Positions 37,444 through 46,026 of a stretch of 64,000 nt of DNA are shown one piece after another (position 1 is the first letter of the stretch; the number at the start of each line of letters is the position of its first letter). Source of the stretch: Smithellaceae bacterium (GTDB lineage: Bacteria; Desulfobacterota; Syntrophia; Syntrophales; Smithellaceae); the NCBI GenBank assembly GCA_963667845.2, contig CAXXVL010000002.1:192001-256000 (forward strand), written 5' to 3'. The position numbers and the translations under genes were made by a program. The notes beneath the pieces are model-generated. The model was not told where the DNA came from, made no database searches, and saw only the letters and a program-made list of their open reading frames with translations.

Positions 37444-39450
37444 ATGATGAATGGCCGCATCCCGGAAAATGAAGCATTCCGGCCCGAGCTTCAGGGATTA
37501 CAAAATATAGATGAATCCCAGTATCATGTGATTCTGAACCATGTCAACGATCCGGTCTTCATTCACCACCTGCCCCGAGACCGGAATATACCGGAAAAAT
37601 TTATTGAGGTAAACGACGCCGCGTGCAGCGCGCTGGGATATACAAAGGAAGAATTGCTCCGGATGAGTCTTGCGGATATCGTCGCACCGGGGACGGCCGC
37701 CATGGCGCCCGTGAACATGGAAAAACTGTTCCGGAATAAGCGGGCCATATGGGAGGGAACGCACGTCAGCAGAGACGGCCGCAGAATACCCGTAGAAACG
37801 CACAATGTGCTCTTTTATCTCCATCGCCGGCCGGTGATTGTCTCCACGGCCAGAGACATCACGAAGCGCAAACAGGTCCAGGAAGAAATGCGCAAGAAGA
37901 CTGAAGAGCTGAAGTTCATTACCGAGCATGTGGGCGACATCATCTGGCAGATGGACTCGAGTGTTTATTTTACCTACGTCAGCCCGGCCATTGAAAAAAT
38001 CCTGGGCTACCGGCCTCAGGAAGTTGTCGGTCAAAACCTGTTTTCGTTCCTTACACCGCTGGGAGCAGAGATGGTCTCGGCTGTTTGGCTGGAATGGTAT
38101 CAGCAACTCTCTTCGGGCGTCCAACGCGACGAGCTTCTTTTCGAAATGGAAACCGTTCGGAAGGATGGCCGTATCATCTGGATGGAAGTACAGGCGCGTC
38201 CTCTGATCGACCGTGACGGCGTAATTATCCAGTACCACGGCGTCTCAAGGGATATCACGCACCGCCGCCAGGGGGAGCAGGAGCGCCGGCAGTTGAGGGA
38301 GAGGCTGGTGCGCGCGGAAAAAATGGAATCCCTCGGGATTCTGGCGGGAGGCGTTGCCCATGACCTCAACAACGTGATCGGGGTTATTGTCGGATATGCA
38401 GAATTGTTATTGCAAAGAATTCCTCCGGACGATCCCCTCAGCCGGTATGCCGCAAACATCGTCAGATCCAGCGAGAAAAGTGCGGCTATCATCTCGGACC
38501 TTCTGGCTCTGGGCCGCAGAGGGGTAACGGTTCGCAAAGTCATAAATTTAAATGCTGTTATTGGGGAATATCTCCAGTCGCCCGAGTTCGCAAAATTGAA
38601 ATCGTATCATCCGGACATCCTTTTCAGAGCCGATCTTGCCCAGGACGTCATGCCCATCGAAGCCACGTCTGTTCATATCAGTAAGACCGTTATGAATCTC
38701 ATGTCGAATGCCGCGGAAGCCATTGCCGCAGACGGAAATGTGGTCATCAGGACGCGGAAACGTTCCCTGGACGAGCCGCAACCGGGGTATGATGAAATTC
38801 AACCGGGGGATTATGTCGTGATGACGGTATCCGACAACGGCAAGGGTATTTCCCGAGAGGACATCGGAAAGATATTTGAGCCCTTCTATACAAAAAAAGT
38901 CATGGGCCGGAGCGGAACAGGTCTGGGGCTGGCCATCGTCTGGGGGACGGTGAAAGATCACGGCGGCTTTATCGACGTACAAACCGAGGATGGGAAAGGA
39001 AGCTCTTTTTCTATCTTCTTTCCGGCCGCCTGCGGAGAGATCGAAACCGACGACAGGAAGGCTGAGCCTGCGTCCTATAAGGGCCGGGGGGAATCCATTC
39101 TGGTCGTGGATGACGTTCCGGATCAAAGAGAAGTCTCCGTCGCGATGCTGAAAAACCTGGGCTATAAAGTCCTGACCGCATCCGGCGGAGAGGAAGCTAT
39201 TGTCTATCTCGGCACCCATGATGTTGACCTGGTGGTGATCGACATGATCATGGCTCCGGGCATGGACGGTTTGGATGCGTACAAGGAAATCATCAGGATC
39301 CGCCCCCGGCAGAAGGCAATTATCGTCAGCGGTTTCTCCGAAACGGATCGCGTGAGAGAAGCCCGGCAACTGGGGGTGGGAGCCTATCTCCATAAGCCTT
39401 ACACGCTGGAGAAGATCGGCCTGGCGATCCGAGGCGAACTCGACCGGTGA
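37444..39450 (+). CDS. Hybrid sensor histidine kinase (PAS-PAS-HisKA-HATPase-REC)
   Basis: LAGGVAHDLNN, NLMSNA, DNGKG, FEPFYT, GTGLGL, ILVVDD...DMIM. Confidence 0.95.
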   Translation: MMNGRIPENEAFRPELQGLQNIDESQYHVILNHVNDPVFIHHLPRDRNIPEKFIEVNDAACSALGYTKEELLRMSLADIVAPGTAAMAPVNMEKLFRNKRAIWEGTHVSRDGRRIPVETHNVLFYLHRRPVIVSTARDITKRKQVQEEMRKKTEELKFITEHVGDIIWQMDSSVYFTYVSPAIEKILGYRPQEVVGQNLFSFLTPLGAEMVSAVWLEWYQQLSSGVQRDELLFEMETVRKDGRIIWMEVQARPLIDRDGVIIQYHGVSRDITHRRQGEQERRQLRERLVRAEKMESLGILAGGVAHDLNNVIGVIVGYAELLLQRIPPDDPLSRYAANIVRSSEKSAAIISDLLALGRRGVTVRKVINLNAVIGEYLQSPEFAKLKSYHPDILFRADLAQDVMPIEATSVHISKTVMNLMSNAAEAIAADGNVVIRTRKRSLDEPQPGYDEIQPGDYVVMTVSDNGKGISREDIGKIFEPFYTKKVMGRSGTGLGLAIVWGTVKDHGGFIDVQTEDGKGSSFSIFFPAACGEIETDDRKAEPASYKGRGESILVVDDVPDQREVSVAMLKNLGYKVLTASGGEEAIVYLGTHDVDLVVIDMIMAPGMDGLDAYKEIIRIRPRQKAIIVSGFSETDRVREARQLGVGAYLHKPYTLEKIGLAIRGELDR

Positions 39451-39532
39451 TTCCACTTACCGGCGGCCGCGTCACCAGCCCGGGACAAATCCGGAGCGAA
39501 GCCGCTTCAACAGAAGTTCATCCCTTGGCGAT

Positions 39533-40126
39533 TCAGTGAACGGGGAATACGGCGAAGATCACGGCGCTCCAGACCGAGTGGGAAATAATCACCATCGTCA
39601 GATCCCGTTTCCACAAATAGAGCGCACCCCAAAACGCACCGGCGACGTATGCCGCCATCGTGAGCATAAAGTTCAGAGAAAAAATGTGGATGCTGCCGTA
39701 GATAAATGTTGTGAGAATAAAGCCGGCAACGTTGCCGTATTTGCCCATCAGGTTTTCCTGCAGAAAACCGCGCCAGAAGATTTCTTCACCGGGACCGGTG
39801 ATTAATAAAAGCAGAAAAAAGATGAGCGTTTTGTTCGTATTCATCCCCATGCCGTAAATGCCGCCCACCTGCGTGGTCGCGTGCGGAACGATGTAGGGTG
39901 AAAGAACAAAGCCCAGATAAAAGATGCCGTAAAGAACGGCCGCGGATATCAGGCCGATGACGGCCGACCGGGGTGAAAAAATGATCTTCGGCTTTTGCCA
40001 GTAAAAGGAATAGGCGCAGATCAGCACAACGGAAAAACCGATTTTCGCCCAGAAGTTGCCCCAGGCCAGACCAAAGGTAAAAGCCCAGCACAGGATGGTC
40101 AGGGCAACCGCACCCCAGATCTTCAT
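39533..40126 (-). CDS. CPBP/Abi (type II CAAX) intramembrane glutamic endopeptidase
   Basis: GEEIFWRGF, YGSIH, SHSVWS; ATGA-coupled to the upstream gene. Confidence 0.88.
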   Translation of the reverse strand: MKIWGAVALTILCWAFTFGLAWGNFWAKIGFSVVLICAYSFYWQKPKIIFSPRSAVIGLISAAVLYGIFYLGFVLSPYIVPHATTQVGGIYGMGMNTNKTLIFFLLLLITGPGEEIFWRGFLQENLMGKYGNVAGFILTTFIYGSIHIFSLNFMLTMAAYVAGAFWGALYLWKRDLTMVIISHSVWSAVIFAVFPVH

Positions 40127-41016
40127 AGACGCACCATCCAATCGAGAAAGAGCGCCAGGATCAGAAGAACGCCGAACACCGTATCAAACTGGGCAGTCAA
40201 TGCGTCCGCCATATCCGGCGTTTCGCGCTTAAAGGTTTTCAGGAGACTCCAGGCTTTGGGCACGGAAAGAAAAATGATAAGTCCCCACAGACTCATCATG
40301 CCCAGGACGATCATGCCGAAAACATAAATGTAGGCGGCTAAAATCAGTCCGGCAAAGATCAGAAAACTATTCTTAAGTCCTACCATAATGCTGACCGTTT
40401 TTACATTTTGCCGGGAATCGAAAGCGATATCTCTCATGTTGTTGGCAAAAAGAACCAGTGCCACCAGAATGCCGAAAGGAACGGAAATAAGCAGCGGCTT
40501 CAGAGACAGGGTCTGGATTTGAACCGCGTAAGCGCCCGAAACCATCAAAGGGCCCCACATCAGAAAAACTGCAATCTCCCCCAGGGCGCGGTATTTAAAT
40601 TTGACCGGTCCCGCCGTATAGAAAACAGCCGTGGCGAGACCCACCATACCGATCCAGATGACATGCCATGATCTCATGAAAGCAATCACACAGCCGATGG
40701 CGGCCGTTAACGCGAACAGAACAATGGCCTCGGTCAAAACCTGTCTGGATGTCAGGATCCCGGAAATGATGGGCTGCGGCCGGTACTTTGCCGTGGGAGC
40801 ATCCGGTGTATCAATTTCATTCTTTGTATCAAAATAATCATTGATGACATTGGCTGCTGCGTGAAAGAAGACAATGCCGACGGCGGTGGCAATAAACCAC
40901 GGCCAGGATATCGGTCCGACCTCAGCGGCCAGAAGTGTGCCCACTGAAACGGAAATGAGCGACATGGTGAAGGACCAGGGTCTTGTCACAAGGATGTATT
41001 TACCAAACTGCTTCAT
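40123..41016 (-). CDS. menA: UbiA-family prenyltransferase, MenA-like
   Basis: RPWSF, NVINDYFD, YTAGP..KY..LGE, ANNMRD...D motifs. Confidence 0.75.
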   Translation of the reverse strand: MKQFGKYILVTRPWSFTMSLISVSVGTLLAAEVGPISWPWFIATAVGIVFFHAAANVINDYFDTKNEIDTPDAPTAKYRPQPIISGILTSRQVLTEAIVLFALTAAIGCVIAFMRSWHVIWIGMVGLATAVFYTAGPVKFKYRALGEIAVFLMWGPLMVSGAYAVQIQTLSLKPLLISVPFGILVALVLFANNMRDIAFDSRQNVKTVSIMVGLKNSFLIFAGLILAAYIYVFGMIVLGMMSLWGLIIFLSVPKAWSLLKTFKRETPDMADALTAQFDTVFGVLLILALFLDWMVRL

Positions 41017-41496
41017 AAACTTCTTTTCCTTTTGAAATCTTAATACCTTTTGTAATACCTTGTGGGGGTTGTCCCTGAAGAGTCATGCCGGACCTCACGA
41101 AGATGAAAACGACAAGGTGGCGAAGTTTAGTGATATCTATTTTCCGTGTCAAGTTTTTTGTCATAAAGCGGCCCGACTTGCGAAAACAGGTGATCAGTCA
41201 TGCGCTGCCTGTTCGGCTGAGAAGGATCGGGTCCTCTTGACTCCATCGGGCCCAACAGACGGAAAATCGAAACAGGTTCAAATGATCATACAGGTCTGGC
41301 CATTGCTCCGGCGCAACCCTCCGTTCTGAATACGGGGCAGCTGTGTCTCTATGGTTCACATTGCGGCAGCACTCCAACGTTCGGTCATTTGGAGTAAGCG
41401 GATTGCGGAACCGGAGGGCGGAAACCGGTGCCGAGATCGATAAGTTAACCGCATGCCTCTATACCCGCAAAGGCCGCAAGAGAAGACCGCGGTCTA

Positions 41497-41802
41497 TCAA
41501 TTCGGGTATTCCACATATACATTTTTACCTTGCAGGCTCGGAAAACGCAAAACGCATTGATTCTTCCAATAGTCGTTGTTGGTGTCTTTATATCCGTCAC
41601 AGTGCCAGGGTCTGCAGTGATGAAATATTTTCCAACAGGTCGGGGTGTTGATCTCGCCTACGCGATGATAGTCAGCCGTATCCAGATTATTGGTTATGTA
41701 AAAGCACACTACCTTATCCGCACAGCTCAGTGTATATCCGGTGGCAGGAATGGTTAAGAGGGCAATCGCCATTGTCAGGGTGATCAGTAAAGTCTTTTTC
41801 AT
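41497..41802 (-). CDS. Small secreted six-cysteine protein (hypothetical)
   Basis: AAGGAGG SD, MKKTLLITLTMAIALL signal peptide, 6 Cys in the mature part. Confidence 0.7.
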   Translation of the reverse strand: MKKTLLITLTMAIALLTIPATGYTLSCADKVVCFYITNNLDTADYHRVGEINTPTCWKIFHHCRPWHCDGYKDTNNDYWKNQCVLRFPSLQGKNVYVEYPN

Positions 41803-41994
41803 ATTTTCCTCCTTCAGAGTATACGACCTTGGCTGTGTAAATATACCTGCAATACATCCTGATTTCAATTTATTTTAGACTGTCGGATTGCGTCAAAGGC
41901 CGTGATGCCATGCTTAAACTCAGGGGCCGGCAGTAAACATGGCAAAGCTGTTTCAGACTTCGTGAATCTTCATATTCTCTCCCGATCCGCGATA

Positions 41995-42288
41995 TCAAGC
42001 CAGCGTGATCAATTGATCCAGGCTGGCCATCACCAGGGTTTCCCGCACCGCGGGACTGATATTGACGATGGAGAAATTTTTACCTTTCAGGCGCACCATG
42101 GTAATCAATATCCGAATGAACCCCGACGAGATGTATTCCACGCCGGCAAAGTCAAACTTGACCGTCAGACACTTGTCATGGGCGGCAATCGTATCGGCTA
42201 TCTCGCGTTGCTGCGCCATGGCCGACAACGTGTCCAGTCGTTCAGCAAAGCGAAACACCAGGGTATGGTCGATGATCCTGCTTTCCAT
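41995..42288 (-). CDS. STAS domain protein
   Basis: RLDTLSA, FDFAGVEYISSGFIR. Confidence 0.8.
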   Translation of the reverse strand: MESRIIDHTLVFRFAERLDTLSAMAQQREIADTIAAHDKCLTVKFDFAGVEYISSGFIRILITMVRLKGKNFSIVNISPAVRETLVMASLDQLITLA

Positions 42289-42491
42289 GACGTCCCCCCC
42301 ACTCCCATTCTGCTCGGATTTACCATTATATGCTTGCGACGGGTCGATGCCTCCGACCGGCCCTGATGTGCATGCAGTATACTGATTCCCCGGGTTTGTC
42401 AAACAAGGGAAGAGGCAGAGACAACGGCGGATGCGCTCCCTTCAGGAATCAACGGCCTGTCGCCGCAACCATTATCCCCATTGCTTCTCAG

Positions 42492-42944
42492 TCATCTGAC
42501 CTGAAAAAAGATATAAAGAAAAATGATTATCGCTAAAACCGAGATGCCCATGATCAATGTCCGTATATTGAAACCGACGGGTCTGATTTTTGCGGGCTTC
42601 CCCGGGATGGTGTTTGCGTATGATTCATGTCCTGCCGGCAAATCACTTATGTCAGTCGCCGTAATGATGTTAGCAGTTGCCGTCCCGTTTTCTGCCGCTT
42701 TTAACACTTTTTCGTAAAGTCTCCGGACGTCCTGAGGCATCGCATCAATGCTCTTGTATTCTTCACCGTTGAAGATAATTTTGGTCTGGATTGCTGCGGG
42801 ATTCATGAGCTTGCCTAAGCCCGCCTGAGAAGCCATGGCCTTTTCAAAAGCGCTCCGGATATCAGATGGCATTTCCTCGAGGGAGTTGTATTCTTTTCCG
42901 TTAATCTTAAATTTGCGTTTCACATTTACATTGACGTTCATCAT
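42492..42944 (-). CDS. Hypothetical C-terminally membrane-anchored protein with internal duplication
   Basis: Two copies of NGxEYxSxxxMPxDxRxxxEK; C-terminal TM; GAGG SD. Confidence 0.7.
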   Translation of the reverse strand: MMNVNVNVKRKFKINGKEYNSLEEMPSDIRSAFEKAMASQAGLGKLMNPAAIQTKIIFNGEEYKSIDAMPQDVRRLYEKVLKAAENGTATANIITATDISDLPAGHESYANTIPGKPAKIRPVGFNIRTLIMGISVLAIIIFLYIFFQVR

Positions 42945-43041
42945 GCTTTCCTCTTGATGCGTTTGGCACAGACAAAGAAAATATAGATTGAACAACGTTG
43001 CTGGCGATGCCGGAACTCACAATATATAAGGGCGGCCCTCT

Positions 43042-43329
43042 TCATTTCACTGATTCAAGATCCTTGGAATCGTCAATCTTTTCCCGATCCCCACCGGGCA
43101 AAGGTTTAAACGGCTCCGTTTTCTTCAGTACCGGCCTGACTTCCGTTCGGGCAGGCGCCAGCGGCTTTGCCGGTGCCGGCAATTGTTTCCGGGGCTCCGC
43201 GACGGGCGTTGTTTTTCTTCTCGGGCTGTCGCCTTCAGGATCGCGCAAAGTGACCGGACCGGCCGCGACCGCGGTCGAAAAAACGCCAAGACATAAAATT
43301 GCGGCGAAAATGGACAAAATAGTTTTCAG
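43042..43329 (-). CDS. Small secreted Pro/Lys-rich protein, probable CTG start
   Basis: GGAGG 6 nt before CTG-AAA-ACT; signal peptide (M)KTILSIFAAILCLGVFSTAVAA. Confidence 0.5.
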   Translation of the reverse strand: MKTILSIFAAILCLGVFSTAVAAGPVTLRDPEGDSPRRKTTPVAEPRKQLPAPAKPLAPARTEVRPVLKKTEPFKPLPGGDREKIDDSKDLESVK

Positions 43330-43458
43330 GATGAGCCTCCTGAAGCTTAGCCAACAAGCCGCGCTCCGATGACTGCAAAGCAACCATATTCGACATAATT
43401 TTTCAATGGAAAGTCGCTGTTCGCTTTACGTAGTTGAGCGGAGACCGGAGGGAGACCA

Positions 43459-43569
43459 GGACATCCTTATGTTGTCAAATGACTCGCCAAAATGACCCAT
43501 GGAAATTTACACATACCATCGGCTTCAGAGTGCTATCAATTTCAACAACTTAAATACTTAAGGGTGTCC
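43459..43569. repeat. 111-bp segment bounded by 11-bp imperfect inverted repeats (MITE-like)
   Basis: GGACATCCTTA ... TAAGGGTGTCC (1 mismatch), AT-rich interior. Confidence 0.4.
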
Positions 43570-43658
43570 CATAGGTCTGCCCTGTAAAATATCAGCATCA
43601 TCTGATTAACATTTCGATATTTACATAATGATGATGCGTTAAATATGTCGAATAAACC

Positions 43659-43837
43659 GCAGTTTCAGCGGCGCGGGGCTTTAGCGAATCATGCCCGAAA
43701 CGTTGTGGCGCTTAGCGAAAATGGAGCATAAGACAGCCAAACTGTTTGAGCCCGAAGGGCGAGTTTTTGGCTGTTGCGGAATGAGGTTAGCGCCACAGTT
43801 GAGGGCATTGAGCAAAGGCTCGCTCCTCTGAGACTGC
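43659..43837. other. ~180-nt rod-like hairpin (structured DNA/RNA element)
   Basis: Nested pairings gcagtttcag/ctgagactgc, atgccc/gggcat, tgtggcgct/agcgccaca, acagccaaa/tttggctgt; apical ccc-gaa-ggg. Confidence 0.6.
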
Positions 43838-43876
43838 CACCACCTGGAAAAGTAATCCGAAAAGAAAGATATTTTA

Positions 43877-43954
43877 AGATTGCCCCGGCTCCTAATGTCG
43901 CCTCGCAATGACTATGTCGGATGCCGCGCAGACCGAGGGCTGCTCGCAATGACG
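43877..43954 (-). repeat. Two tandem REP-like GTCATTGCGAG...GCAATC palindromic units
   Basis: Reverse complement: cgtcattgcgagcagccctcggtctgcgcggcatcc and gtcattgcgaggcgacattaggagccggggcaatct. Confidence 0.65.
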
Positions 43955-43977
43955 AGGAGCGGAAAACGTTCCAACGC

Positions 43978-44013
43978 AAGAGGCCTCACCGCCGGAAGGT
44001 GGTGAGGCCTCTT
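43978..44013 (-). terminator. Stem-loop terminator downstream of fadD
   Basis: AAGAGGCCTCACC-gccggaaggt-GGTGAGGCCTCTT. Confidence 0.75.
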
Positions 44014-44077
44014 ATCTAACAATCTTCAAAATTTTCGTAGCAATGCTTGAAACCAGAAGCTGAAAACTGTCTTTGCG

Positions 44078-45871
44078 CTATTTCGCGTAGAGTGCATCAA
44101 TCTGTTTCTGGTATTTTTCAAAGACCTTGCTTCTCTTCAATTTCATGGTCTGCGTCAGCATGCCGTTCTCCAGGGAGAAAGGTTCGGCAATGAAAATGAA
44201 TTTTCTCGGGATTTCATAGCTTCCGTAAGTGGTCTTCAGTTGATTGACAATTTCGGTCTCCAGGAATTTCTTTGTTTCATCCTTTTTCAACAGCTCGGCA
44301 TGGTCCTTGGGCAGATTATTTTTTTCCGCCCATTTGTCGAGTGCGGCAAAGTCCGGTATAATAAGGGCAATATTAAACTCACGGCCTTCCCCATAGATCA
44401 TGGCGTTTTCAACGTAATGGTTTAGCTTGATATCTTCTTCAATTGATACTGGAAATACATATTTGCCATTTTCGAGTTTAAACTGTTCTTTGAGTCTGCC
44501 CGTGATAAACAGGAAGCCTTCCTCATCAAGACGACCGCGGTCGCCTGTCCGGAATCCTCCGTCCGGCGTCATAACAGCCGCTGTTGCTTCCTGCTTGTTA
44601 AAATATCCCTGCATGACGTTAGGTCCGTAAATGATTATTTCCCCATCGTTTGCGTCCTGTCCCGTAACCGATTTGTCGATGACGATTTTACCTAGACCCA
44701 TGGCGGGGCCTACGCTGCCGATCTTGTATTTCGTCGGGCGATTCATGGTTGCTCCCGGCGAAGTCTCGGTTAACCCGTAAGCGTCATAAAGCGGGATACC
44801 CATATCCCAGAAAAAATGAGAAATTTCCGGATTCATCATGGCGCTTCCTGTCATGGAGCCTTTTAATCTGCCGCCAAGCTTTTCACGGATTTTCTTGAAA
44901 ACTATCGCATCGGCAATCTTAAATTTAAGATTCGTCATGAAGGAGGATTTTCCCTGTGTGGCCAGTTCCCGTTTCTTCTTTGCACTCTCCACTCCCATGA
45001 CAAATAACGTCTTGGCCAACCCGCCTTCTTCGTTCATTTTCGTCCATAAGCCGTCATATACTTTATTAAAAACTCTGGGAACAGCGGTCATGAATGTCGG
45101 TTTGACCAGACCTAAGTCTTCGCCGATGGTTGCAGCACTTTCTGCAAGACCTATTGATCCGCCAAGAAGACAGTAAATGACAAGTTCCCCTAGTCCGAAG
45201 ACATGTGCCCATGGCAGGATGGATAATGATGTATCGTTTTCATTCAGGTCAGGGAAGCAAACTGCAGCGGCGTGAGCGTTGCTGGTAATGTTGCCCTGAG
45301 AAAGAAGTACTCCCTTCGGATCACCGGTCGTTCCTGATGTGTAAATCAGGATGCAGATGTCTGATTGTTTCGGATATATACTTTTAACCGGCTTGGCTGC
45401 GCCTTTCTTTTCCAGATCCGCCAGGGTATCCGGCCCATTGCCTTCCATGACAATGACTTTCTCCAGGGTGGAAATTCCAGAAAGGGCATCTTTTATTTTG
45501 TCATATATTGCCTTTTTGCTGATCAAGAGAACTTTTACTTTAGCGTCATTGACAATGTATTTCCAAACCTGTACCAGCTCAGCTTCATACATGGGGACAA
45601 ATCGCGCGCCCAGGCCGCTGTTGGCGAAAAAAGTTACAGCCCAGTCTGTGCTGTTGTTGCAGATAATACCGACCGCATCGTCCTTTTGAACCCCCAACTG
45701 ACTCAAGCCGCCTCTTAAATTATCCACACGCTTTCCAAAATCAGCAAAGGTGATCCATTCATATTGCTTCAATTGTTTGTTCTTCGTCCCGAGAAAAGGC
45801 CGCCCGGGAAATTTTGCCACTGACTTCTCCAATATTTCCACTACATTGTCCGGTTTCATTAACTGATACAT
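44078..45871 (-). CDS. fadD: Long-chain-fatty-acid--CoA ligase (AMP-forming)
   Basis: IYTSGTTGDPKG, AYGLTETSP, FRTGD, GRLKE, LTQTMKLKR. Confidence 0.92.
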   Translation of the reverse strand: MYQLMKPDNVVEILEKSVAKFPGRPFLGTKNKQLKQYEWITFADFGKRVDNLRGGLSQLGVQKDDAVGIICNNSTDWAVTFFANSGLGARFVPMYEAELVQVWKYIVNDAKVKVLLISKKAIYDKIKDALSGISTLEKVIVMEGNGPDTLADLEKKGAAKPVKSIYPKQSDICILIYTSGTTGDPKGVLLSQGNITSNAHAAAVCFPDLNENDTSLSILPWAHVFGLGELVIYCLLGGSIGLAESAATIGEDLGLVKPTFMTAVPRVFNKVYDGLWTKMNEEGGLAKTLFVMGVESAKKKRELATQGKSSFMTNLKFKIADAIVFKKIREKLGGRLKGSMTGSAMMNPEISHFFWDMGIPLYDAYGLTETSPGATMNRPTKYKIGSVGPAMGLGKIVIDKSVTGQDANDGEIIIYGPNVMQGYFNKQEATAAVMTPDGGFRTGDRGRLDEEGFLFITGRLKEQFKLENGKYVFPVSIEEDIKLNHYVENAMIYGEGREFNIALIIPDFAALDKWAEKNNLPKDHAELLKKDETKKFLETEIVNQLKTTYGSYEIPRKFIFIAEPFSLENGMLTQTMKLKRSKVFEKYQKQIDALYAK

Positions 45872-45991
45872 ATGTTCCCTCCTAGGATTTGGTAAATATT
45901 GCTTTTGCTGGAAGACGGTAAAGAGCTCTCATAATGAACAAAGACGTGTAACAGATAAACGGAAATGGTCAATCTATATAATCTATAGGTG

Positions 45992-46016
45992 TAATGTAGT
46001 ACGATACCCTACATTA
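45992..46016. promoter_or_regulatory. Palindromic putative activator site upstream of fadD
   Basis: TAATGTAG-N9-CTACATTA perfect inverted repeat. Confidence 0.5.
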
Positions 46017-46026
46017 ATGACGAATT

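Noticed and set aside
43388..43415. Chromosomal dif site
   Set aside because: Only a XerD-like arm is present; the opposite arm lacks the ATAA of a XerC site.
43659..43837. 6S RNA call
   Set aside because: Size and shape fit, but I recognise no 6S sequence motifs or usual gene context; left as an unassigned structure.
43681..43979. ORFs 43681-43908 and 43689-43979
   Set aside because: They overlap the hairpin and REP-like elements and show no coding features.
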